Shown: positions 46,998 through 58,260 of the stretch, in pieces
Layout: each line of letters starts with the position of its first letter
Numbering within the stretch: the stretch's first letter is position 1
Origin: Takakia lepidozioides
Taxonomy: Eukaryota; Plantae; Bryophyta
Reading direction: 5' to 3'
Assembly: GCA_030704615.1 (NCBI GenBank)
Contig: CM060731.1
Span: 27,714,001 to 27,778,000 of the forward strand
Length of the DNA stretch: 64,000 nt
Notes under the pieces: model-generated
Seen by the model: only the letters and a program-made list of their open reading frames with translations
What the model was told of the DNA's origin: nothing
Database searches by the model: none
Made by a program: the position numbers and the translations under genes

Positions 46998-49900
46998 TGG
47001 GAAATTACTTCGCAATGAAGGTCTGTGAAGTGGGCTCCTGCAGGTGGTCATTTGTTATCAGTGTGAGGCTAATTTGTGACAAGGTGGTTTTATGACCCTG
47101 AGACCATAGTACTTTAGGTTTAAATGCCAGTATGAACAGAGTTAGCTTGACTTTGTGTAAAGCTCTTAGGAACAAGTGTCGATTGCAAATGTAGTGCCAA
47201 CCATCTTGACGTTAATATCACATCAAGGGTAACATTAAAAATGGGTTTTATGGGTTGAGGAGAGGCAGTTGAGTGCAGAATGTGCAATTGGTCAGCTCTG
47301 TGAGCTTTCTGTGTAAATTCTAAGCGACCATGTGCACATATGTCGTTTTGCTTATTCAATACTTGGGTTAATGTACTGCAATGTATTGGTTGCAGAGCCA
47401 GTGGCCCCAATAAGAGTCAGGAGCACAAATTTTAACCTCAGATGTTCTTGGGCTCTTTTCTGTTATGTGTCACTACACATTTGTGGCAGGTATTTGAGAG
47501 ACCCTTGCTGTCTGACCCAATATCTCAAATCTGGTTTGCCCTAGGTGGCTTTTTGGGTTTAGTTCTTAACCCCTCTCACGCTCTCTCACACCAGCTGAAG
47601 TTCAAGCATTACCCCAGTCAAATACTCCATCGCTCTCTGGGGCACCTCTCAGCAAAATGGCTTAACTTCATTTAAGTACTGGGAGACTGCTATTGCAGGG
47701 CGCAATTGGATTCTTCTGCCACCAATGACCCTCAAGTCAACGGATTTGAAGTAAAACAAGCGCGCAGTCGATGCACTTCCTGATATACCCAGATTGAAGT
47801 CGCAACATGTTATTCATCAAGATCTGTCGATTGGGCTTTGGAGCTTCTCACCCAAGCCTTTATCGGCACCCAGTCGGAGAGCCCAGCCCTGTGATCTGTT
47901 ATTTTTAGTTGATCTTGTGCATTCATAAACCTGGTTCTGCTCACACATCGCGAGTACATTTCATCCTCTCTCTCCCTGTTGGGCCCTCGTGGTCTGTGGA
48001 CTTCTCTTTCCTTTCTTCCTCTTCTTTCTTCTTTCTATGTCTCTCACCTCAAACCGCACAACACTGACGAGATAGAATGACGGAATGTTCAGTGAAATGA
48101 GAGAGTAACACCCAGGGCTGGGCAAGATTCCGGGGGGCATCGCAGATTAAACCTTACGAGCTACACGGACAAAGTGAGATCGTTCATATGAATAGTCGCC
48201 ATGATACCTTGCAACAGCAAAACTGAACTAAACTGTCTCTCCCAGAGGTCCAGAATATTTCACAGCGAGCGCAGCAGAAACGTAAAATCAGTCCGTACAT
48301 GCAATTTTGGCATTTTTTGCATTTGACAGAGAGGGTGAGGAGATAGAGATAAAGCTGTGGCGTGCGAGAGAAGGGTTTAGATTGCCGTCAGCTGGCAGAC
48401 CTTTCTGACAATGTAGGAAACGAAGAGGTGGATGCAGCTTTGGACATGGAGTTGGCGGCGTTCTTTCTCCCGCATCCGCTTGCCTCCCACAGTCATCTAA
48501 GTTCAGATCAAAGCAGTACGGTCTGTGATCGGTATGACGGTGCGCCGAAGCGACCCTCCTGCAGATGGATGAATTTATTGTATGGTCCTATAAATCCTGC
48601 AGGGTGTTACGTTTCACATAGGCCGCGTGAGTCACTGAACTGCTTATTGAGAGCAAGAAGATGGAACGGACTTCCATAATGTGTTTCACATGCTGGTAAT
48701 GCAAGCAACTTCATTGCACCCAGATGACTTACAGGAGTCCTGTATAAAACTTCATGAAGGAGCGTTTTCATTTCCTTATGAAAAATCTCCTGTTCTTACT
48801 TGATCTGTTGCAAGGCTGGGGGTGCTTTCTAGTATATCAGTCATTGAAAAGCACTTGTCTACGTCCTGGTGTTATGATGGATCAAATTTGGAATTGCCAT
48901 ACTAGGCCCCTTTTGAAGAAACCTTCCAGGCCTACCCTGAAGCCCGTCACAATCTGGGAGAACTGGAGAAAGCCATTGGCAGAAAATGTAATTCTAAGCA
49001 GGGACTCTGGTCTTCATTGTAGCCTATTAATTTCTGGGAGGTGATAAGTGATAACGTTCTCAGCTCATTCAGATCAGTGCTTGGTACAGTACCATTGATT
49101 CAAAAGCTTTAGTTGAAGTTGAGCTGTTCTTCACACTGACCCAGCTTGAAGTGAAATATCTGAAACAACTACTGGAAACATCAGTACAGTGGTACTGCAC
49201 ATTTCAATCCTTGAATGTAGCTTTGTCCTGCCAACTCTCCATGAAAAGGGGGAGAAACAAGCTGTGTCGGGTGATTGATTGTTCGACCATCCCTACCTCA
49301 TTAAGGTGTCCTATATGCCATACAGGCTGGTCTACCTCCTTTCATTCATCCTTCCTAGCTGGAAGCTTCAACACATTAGATAGCTGTGACGATGGCACAT
49401 AGAGCATTCTCCTGGTATCAAAGGTGGGGCTGGGTTCAACGTCCTGCAGGCCGATAAAATCGCAAAATTGCAGAGGAGATTAGGAGTTTTCTCATATGAG
49501 AGCCATCGCTTCTGACTTTTCCTAAAAGGGTATGAATATCTTCAGTGTGCTCTCAATGCATGGTGGGATTCTGGCAGACCTGATAACCAGTACAACTCTG
49601 CTACCTTGCACTCTCTTATTCCAAAAGTCACAGCTAATGGCTGGAGGCTTCTTTATGAGGATTTCGGGTTCTGACCATGCGGATCTAGTTACAAATATCT
49701 TGATGTTTGAAATTGAAAAGAATGCAAACTTGATAAGAGTAGGGAGAAAAGCTAAGGCAGATGAAAGGTTTTCAAGAAGCAGTGGTTTGATATTTTTTTG
49801 TGCTTGAGCTCCAAGTGGACTTCAATGCAGATGATGTTTGTCCAGCAGGAAGAGCGAAATTCTGACTGGATAAAAGATCGGGGCTTGGGAAGAAAGTGGA

Positions 49901-50789
49901 GAATGATGGGGTCAGAGGGAGAGGAGTGCAAGTGGAAATAGGCTTCAATAGTCGGAGGTTGGCTTTCGACCTCGTGCATGTGATGATGAATATCTTTGGA
50001 ACATGGAGACTGGTTGATGCTCATGATAACGCACTGCCCAGAGTTGAACCACTAAGTTATGGTGGAGCGAGCGCGGGGGTTAATTTGTTCTCTTTCTTTG
50101 TGTGACCTGAATGCACCCGGCCAGTGGAATGACACTGGCATGTCTAGATAGAGGGTTACAGTAGAGTGCTGGTAAAATACTAATTTCAAGTAATACAACC
50201 CTAACGCATTTCGAAAATCAGAGAGTTCATCAGGTGGCCACCTAGAATGCTTAGTCAAACTCACTGGAATTTGGAGAGGGGCGTTTCGTATTAAATCAAC
50301 CATTGTGTACCATATATTTGTGTGAGCAGAAATGGCCAACCTACAGAGGAAGGCAGAAGGGAAAATCGTTTAAAGTGTGTTACAGTATTTATCACACTAT
50401 TTTTATTCCATATGGTCCTAGCGTTGTAAGTTGACCACAAACTTGGAACACAGTTTTCATCAAATTCTAACCTGGCTGAAGAACTTTGTTGCTTCAATTT
50501 ATTTGTAAAATCCTTAAACATTTAGTCGCTGAACCCAAACCCATGGCAGAGGCCTTGCTGGGCTTGTCTATACATGAATGAACTGGAATTTCTTTGTGAG
50601 CAACCATCATTTTGGCTACCAGAAATCACAGTTGCAGCTCGGATAATTGGGCCAGCTGCTGTCAAGGTTACGGCCACACGCAAATTAAACCTTACATTGA
50701 TTGAGAAAATTGCTGAAGACAATTAGCAGGGTCGTGCTGTTTGCAGAGAATTTAGTCAAATGGGTTTTAGCCATTAGAATTTAGGGGAT

Positions 50790-51350
50790 AGTGTCCTCCA
50801 TCATGCAGACAGCAGAGGTATAAAACTGCACCAGTCCATCTTCAAGCCTTCCTGTTGCACCATGGACTTCTTTGACCTTCTCCGGCGCTGCCAGGCAGGC
50901 ACACCCATGCTGAGCATCTCCAGCCATCATGGCATCCCATGCGACCACATTTCGTGCTGATTGCCAATCCTCGGGCTGTGTCCTTCATTAGGGCAGTCCA
51001 GGCTGTTATTCAGCAATGTCAAGGTGGACCTCTTTGCATTTCTTCAGGGCTGCCAGGCTGACACACGCATTGAAGACACAAACAAAATTGTCCTAGTTGG
51101 GCGTCACTACTTTCCATATCATTTCCCCACAGATCTCCAAGGCCTCCCTAACCCATGCTTTCTATATCAAACCCTCCCCAACGCTCGCGTAGTTGGTACT
51201 GTGTAGACCGAGATTTGGTTGAATCCATCCTGGATCATGTGAGCATGCACCCAGTTTCCTCTGCTAGGCCTCTTATCTGGATGCACCCTTCAAGAGACTT
51301 CTGCAAGTACTGCAGTCTGCCGAAATGCCTTCTTTGTTCTTATGCAGCAT
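50790..51350 (-). pseudogene. Degraded PLS-PPR fragment downstream of the intact PPR gene
   Basis: The minus strand shows broken PPR-like segments (VHAHMIQDGF, REALEI, FVCVFNACVSLAALKK.KEVH, NVVAWDAMMAG.AQHG) with stops and frameshifts. Confidence 0.65.
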
Positions 51351-51583
51351 CCTCAAATCCCTTTCTTGCCTATGGCTTCAAACTAATAGCAAGAAGAGAT
51401 CTTCATGCCTACAATCCCTTGTAAAATCTGTCACCAACACCTTCGTACTCTCCATGGCACACTGTCGCTGTTTGAATCACAACTGAATTGTGTCATCATC
51501 ACAATGTGTGGCTGACAGAGTGCATTACAAATGGTCGTATGCAGCGACACAAATAGTTTTGGTTCATTTTAACCTTTACCGAT

Positions 51584-54500
51584 TCACCAGTACTCCCCAC
51601 AAGAACAAAGCCCATCTTGGAAGTGGTGAAAGCGATTGGCATCTCGTACAACAATTGCTCGCCCAGCAAGCTTTGAGATGAACTTGGTGGCTGTGTGACA
51701 GTCGCCACACACCCGAAGGTTCTTGATGAGACGGAGAGGCGTCCCAGGGGATGTGCTAATCAGCCCAAAAGCAATGGCCAGCTTCTCACTGTGATGACAA
51801 AGAAAAACTTCCTTATGCTCCTCCTCCACATCTTGCAATACACAGCGCGTGTCAGGCATGTACCCTGCCTCCTTCATCTGCCCAGACAATCTTCTCAGCT
51901 CAGCATGGATTTCCTTAATTTTTGGATGCAATTTATCATCAACCATGAATGTATGCACCATGTTGCGAACCTCGATGCAGGAGCGACCTGGCTCCTTTCT
52001 TACACCTCTGACCTTCATCATTTGTCTCACCTTTGCAGTATCGTCCCACATGCCAGCTGTAGCATAGATGTTTGATAACAGCACATAAGTTGCAGCATCC
52101 TGTGGATCCCACTTGAGAATAGATTTTGCTGCATGTTCTGCCACATCCACATTGCGATGAATTCTGCAGGCACCAAGCAAGGCCCTCCACAAGACAGCAT
52201 GTGGTTTGATTGGCATTTCATTAATAAAGGCCTCTGCCTCATCCAAACACCCTGCACGGCCAAGAAGGTCCACCATGCAGCCAAAATGCTCCCATGTAGG
52301 AGTAAGGCCGTGATGGCGACTCAGGGAAGCCCAGTAGTGTCTGCCTTCATCCACTAGGCCAACATGGCTACATGCAGAGAGAACACAAACAAAAGTGATG
52401 CCAGTGGGCTTCAACCCTTCATCTTGCATTTTTTCGAATAAATCCAGGGCCTCCTTACCCTGACCATGCTGGGCATAACCTGCAATCATAGTGTTCCATG
52501 AGACCACATCTCGTTGAGCCATATTGTCAAACACTTGATTTGCATCCTTTATGCTCCCGCATTTTGCATACATGTCAACCAAGGCAGTGTCCAAAATGAT
52601 ATTTGGCAGAATCTCAGCTTTCATGATGTCAGCATGGAACCTTCTGCCCTTGTCCAGGGCGGCCATGCTAGCACATGCATTGAGAAGGCTAACAAATGTG
52701 ACCTGATCAGGTGTCACCCCTTCCTGTCTCATTTGCTCCCAAATCTCCAAAGCATCCATACCATATCCATGCTGGGCATATCCTGCGATCATTGTGTTCC
52801 ATGAGACCACATCTTGTTGAGCCATATTATCAAATACTCGACGAGCATCATTGATGTCATCGCATTTGGCATACATGTCGACCAGGGCAGTGTCCAGGAT
52901 GATATTTGGTTCAATTCTCGCTCTCAGGATGTCACTATGGACCTCTTTGCCCTTCTCCAGGGCTGCCAGGCTGGTACATGCCTTGACAATGCACACAAAT
53001 GTGACCTGGTGGGGTCTCACCCCCTCCTGTACCATTTTCTCATAGGTCTCTAAAGCCTCCCTAGCATATCCATGCTGGGCATATCCTACGATCATAGTAC
53101 TCCACGAGACTTCATCTCGTTGAGCCATAGTTTCAAAGACTTGACATGCATCTTGTATGCTGCCACATTTGACGTACATATTGACCAGGGCAGTGCCCAG
53201 AAGGGTATCTGGCACAAGTTCAGCCTTCATGATGTCACCATGGACCTCTTTGCCCTTCTCCAGGGCTGTCAGGCTGGCGCAAGCATTGAGAACACAAGTG
53301 AAAGTTACCTGGTCAGGTGTCAGCCCTTCCTGTATCATTCGGGCATATGTATCCAAAGCCTCCCTACCCCTACTATGGTGGGCATATCCAGCGATCATTG
53401 CACTCCACGAGAACAGATCTTTTTGAACCATATTGTCAAACACATGTATTGCATCCCCCATGCTCCCGCATTTGGCATACATGTCAACCAGGGCAGTGTC
53501 CAGGATGACATCTGGCACAAGTCCACCTTTCATGATGTCTGCATGGACCTCTCTGCCCTTCTCCAGGTCTGCCAGCCTGGTGCATGCCTTGAGAATGCAA
53601 AGGAATGTGACTTGGTTCGCCATCACCCCTTCCCGTAACATTCGCTCATAGGTCTCCAAAGCCTCCCTGCCATATCCATGCTGGGCATATCCAGCGATCA
53701 TTGCACTCCATGAGAACAGATCTTGTTGAGCCATATTTTCAAACACCTGGGTTGCAGCCTTCATGCTCCCACATTTGGCATACATGGTGACAAGGGCAGT
53801 GTCCAGAATGATATCTGGCACAATTCCTGCTTCAATTATGTTAGCATGGACCTCCTTGCCCTTCTCCAGGACGACCAGGCTGGTACACACCTTGAGAACA
53901 CAAACAAACGTAACATGATTGGGCGTCACCCCTTTTTGTAACATTTGGTCATAGATCCCCAAGGCCTCCCTATTACACCCATGCTTGGTGTATCCTGCCA
54001 TCATTATATTCCATGTATACGTATCTCGTTCAGGCATTTGGTCAAACACTAGACGTGCATCCACAATGCTCCCGCATTTTACATGCATTCTAATGAGGGT
54101 ATTGTGTAGAAAGGTGTTTGGCTTGAATCCACTTTGGATAATGTGCGCATGCACCTGCTTCCCTTCTGCTGGGCATTTCATTTTGATGCACTCCTGCAGG
54201 AGACAGACATAAGCATTGGAGTCTGGAAAGATGTCTCCTCTGTTCAAAATGTGTATTGCCTCTTTCAGTTGTCCTGCCTTGCATAGTGTCCTCACATCCC
54301 CACAAGTGTCAGAAGGGTTCTTGTGGACTCCTCTTCGTCCTATTTCAAGATCACTTGTCATCATGGAGGTGGTTGATTTAACTAAGTGCTTGAAATGCGG
54401 TTCTCTAGGATGAATCTGCACCCAAAGTACATTGCTACCTTCTTCAGCCACCCCTGCCTCCACAACAAAAATGGTAAATCCTCTCTCTTGCCAAAAGTAG

Positions 54501-56091
54501 CTGACAATGACCACCCATATCAAAATATCAAACACTGCCAAACCTACCAAATAATAGCTCCTGTGCTAAACCAATGCGTGTGAGGGAGAGAGGTAGAATG
54601 AAAATTATGAGAAGGTTTTCAATGCACAAACTGTTGTCTGCTTTTGCTAACAACATAACAGGCATTCACCTTTCTGCCTCGATACCATTGACTGGGGTTT
54701 GAAACATGGTCCTTCCCAAGAAGGTCATCTCTATTTTTGCTTTCTGGACATTTGCCTGCAACTCCACTAGCAGTAATATGTCAAAACACCCAGACCTACA
54801 AGATAGATCCAGCCGACAAGCTACTGTGCAAAGCTGATGAAATAAAAGATGTGCATGATATTAACGCAAACCCCACGTGGAAAGGAGGGGGCATGGGAAA
54901 AGGGGCAAACTCACTTACCTGATCCAATATGATGAGGAATGAATCAAGCCTGAATATGTCGAAGAGGAAGGAAGAGGAAGGTAGATACTCTCACCAAGTC
55001 CTGAATGTAGTTTCTTGACACTTACCGCTCCCTGAATCCAGCTTTTCTGAATTGCCCTCCACCCACGTGGGTTTCTTGTAGCTATCAATCCTTAGTGCCT
55101 CGTTGGTACTCTTGTGCTTGGAATCTGGTCCTCTAGGATGGATCTGCACCCACGCTTCATCCCTGCCTCCTTCAGCTATCTTGCCGCCATAAGAAAATTT
55201 CATTAGTTCCTGACAATGACAACTCCTAATTTGCCAAACACCCCACTCCCTACCTCCCAAATGTTAGTTTCTATGCTGGACTGGTGGGAAAACTCAGAAA
55301 CAGGGGTGTGAGGAGGGGAGAGGGAGAATACCCTTGACAGCTTTGGGTCTGGCACATCCTTGCAGGACTATTCCTGATTGGATAATAAACTTCCCGCAGG
55401 TTGGTACTGGAGCTTTAATGAATGAAAAGTAGGCCAAAATAGTCATGCTGCTAGTGCACAACTAACTAGACGAACTGATAATAAGGAACTCATTTAAGAA
55501 CCGGCATCGGTATCATGTTAGAAGCACGCTGATCACATGAGCATTGCTACATTAGATGGACAATATCACTGTGGTTGCAATGCCAATTTTCCTTCAAGCA
55601 CAAGTTTTTCCGAGAAAGGCAGGGAACGTTGCTACAGGGACTTCGTCCCGCTGGATAATGCCCCTCTCGAAAGGGGTCTGGGTTTCAGACCACCCCAGTG
55701 TTAGAGACACCTTACTGCCTTGGTTGTCCCACCATTGACTGGGGTCTACAAAATAGTTGTTCCAAAGCTTGTCCACGTCTATATTCGAGCTTGTTGGATA
55801 TTTCCTCTTTTGGCCTCCTTGCTCACACCCCTGTGTATAAAAGTCTTCAACCTCCACTGGCCTGCACTGCCCCGCAATTGAGGCCAGACTCTTTGAAGCA
55901 AATCTCAATGCAAAGCTGTTCGGAGAGTGCGCAGGGATCCCTTCAAGAGTGTTCAGGCCACAGCCTCTTGAAGCAGTCAGCACAGAGTCAGGCTTGAAAG
56001 CAGCGGAGCCTCGAGGATGCTTGTGAGAAATGCCTGGAGAGCATGGGCAGGAGGCCAGGGGTGGCATGGTCATTGTAAGCGTCGCTGCCAT
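51584..56091 (-). CDS. PLS-class PPR-E-DYW organellar C-to-U RNA-editing factor with putative transit peptide and two N-terminal OSB-type PDF motifs (4 exons, ~1138 aa)
   Basis: Phase-consistent GT-AG model: 56091-55711, 55143-55026, 54755-54670, 54415-51584. About seven P-L-S triplets, E domain, PG box KEPGRSCIEV, HHSEKLA, CGDCH, C-terminus CSCGEYW. The exon joins make WNNYFVDPSQWWDNQGSK|IHPRGPDSKHKSTNEAL and DHVSNPSQWYRGRK|IHPREPHFKH. The PPR-DYW part is certain; the N-terminal splicing is inferred. Confidence 0.85.
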
Positions 56092-57859
56092 GGCTGCGGA
56101 TTCTGCAACATAACACTTTGTGGGAACAACCCAACTGCGCACAGGTTACCTCGGTAGCCGTGGATCTCTAATCATGCGATACCAGCCACAAGCCAAGGTT
56201 ATAGTAAGAAAACCAAAAGTTTTCAGATCAAAATTGTCAGTTTTCTGAGTCGGTTAACTGCTTGTAAACGTTCGACAAATGAGTGAGTCTTTGCATAGGG
56301 TAGGTAAAAGACAAATCGAAGAGAAGTGCATGAAAATGTAGGCCTACCTTCTGCTAAGCTGGTAGAGATTCCTCTGTGGAGGTGGTTTCAAAAGACAGAT
56401 GAATAGCCACCATCTCAGCTAACAATTCGAAGACCTGGCCAGCTTGAATTTTGAGTTGGGATGTTTGCTGTAGAATTGTAGGTTGTGATTGCGTGGCTGC
56501 GGAGACAGCGACAGGCTCAATGAGGGAGGGAGGGAGGGACTCTGTGGGTGCAGATCCTTCCTAGATGGCCAGATCTTCAAGCACAAGCGTACCAACGAGG
56601 CAAACGAGGCAATAAACCTGATTTGGAGGAGGGTGATCTGGAGTATCTATTGTCGTGAGACTTGTCCCTAGCTGCATGGAGCTGTTCCACATTCACCCCC
56701 CCTTTCAACATGGGGTTCGTTGCAAAAAGCACTTTCCTTGTTTTCATCATTGAATCCTTGTAAGTAGGTCTGTTTGGACATGTCATTCATTGCTACTGTA
56801 TTGCAGGAATATGTCCAAAAGTAAACTTGGGCCAACCAGAAGGTTTGGAAGAATCAACCCACTCAATTTGCAATCTCATTTGCAAAGACATTGTATCTAG
56901 TTTTGGACATTAGCTGATTGATTGCAACCGCATGTCATTATTCACACTGCTTTTGCAGAATCTCCTCCATTTTGATGCTCCTTAGGGATCTAACCCGGAA
57001 ATTAGTGTTCTGAGGACATGACCCACCCACAAAATAGTCCATAGTATCAGTGTAAAGCAACCTGCAGGTGCCAGATTCTTCACACAAGGCTGGTAGATGG
57101 TAACCTTACTTCCTTAGCTCTGGAATATCAACCACCACTGTTAACTTTTAAATTCCGCTTGGGTTTTTGAAATATTGGTGAAGCCTTGCTTCTTGTCCCA
57201 TATGTGGTGTATCTCTAATTTGCATCACCAGTCCTAGCTACCTTGCCTGCCTCATAAAATGATATCAGATCACTTGTGCAAATGCATTGTCCTACCTTCT
57301 TCTGTTAGCACCGCGACAGCGCCAATTCTAGGCATATCCCAGTCTGTTTATCACTAACATCCCTAATATAACCAGTACACGGCCTAGTAGCACCCTCTGG
57401 GAATCCGCAGGTCAATCCTATGCAGCAACCCCAATGCATTTGTAAATATAACTAATGAGGAAACAAACAGTCTCTCAACCTTCCAAGCAGAAGACTCTGA
57501 ATCTGAACCATCTTTACTATTTCACATTCAGTTTCCAGTTTCCGACACTTACGTACCTTCACAGAAAATACCGAGTCTAAAATCATATTGACATCATATT
57601 CACAATTTGTGGACAAATCGTCCAGGAGTTCCCTCTGCAAAGTGAGGTGTCTTCTTCATTCCGTCCTTGCCCACCCTGCTGCTACTCCCTCGTCACCCCT
57701 TCTTTTCTCAGCATGCCAACTTAGCAAGTCATGCACAAATGCAAAATTGTCTTCTTCCCACATTCCAGGCCCCAGAAAACGACGTATGTTTTGCTACCCT
57801 CTTCGCCAGAGCACCTAAACCTTGACCGACACAGAACTTTGTCCTCCTCTGTCCAGTAA

Positions 57860-58260
57860 TCCACCTCCTTAGACGGGGATATGTAGGTGTCAAAAGAAAC
57901 CCAAGGCCTCATGGGTGTTCCAACAGGATGGCTTGGATCACAATGTTACTGACATATGTAGCAGCATTTGAGATGCCAGCTGCTGCATCCACCATTGCAT
58001 CAAACAAGTTGGAGTAGTGAAGGCCTGTGGTGGAATCATTTACTTCTAATTCTCAGCAAGAAAAGCTTCTGCATAAGAAACATCTTCGAAGTGCTCAACA
58101 ACATATACTTCTGACCCTGGTTGTGATGCAAACCTAAAGTAAGGAGGTGACAAACCGAAGCCTCCTCTGTAAAACTGAGGAATTACCTCGTTCCCCGTGG
58201 CTATGGTAGTCGCTCGGCGCTGGCTCGGAAGAAATATCGTCCGACATGACACGCATCACT
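57860..58260 (-). pseudogene. Fragmented glycoside hydrolase family 17 (beta-1,3-glucanase) sequence
   Basis: Compressed pieces IATGNEV, PYF, YAEAF..N, VNDSTTGLHYSNLFDAMVDA, NAATY and GTPMRP..FDTY across shifting frames. Confidence 0.6.

Noticed and set aside
48300-50700. Exon-like short ORFs (e.g. 49896-50105)
   Set aside because: Could not assemble a gene model or recognise a family by eye; BLASTX would be needed.
54416-54550. Hydrophobic N-terminus (MVGLAVFDILIW...) of the 988-aa ORF as a membrane anchor
   Set aside because: It starts at a non-ATG codon and lies upstream of a good acceptor at 54416; better explained as intron read-through.
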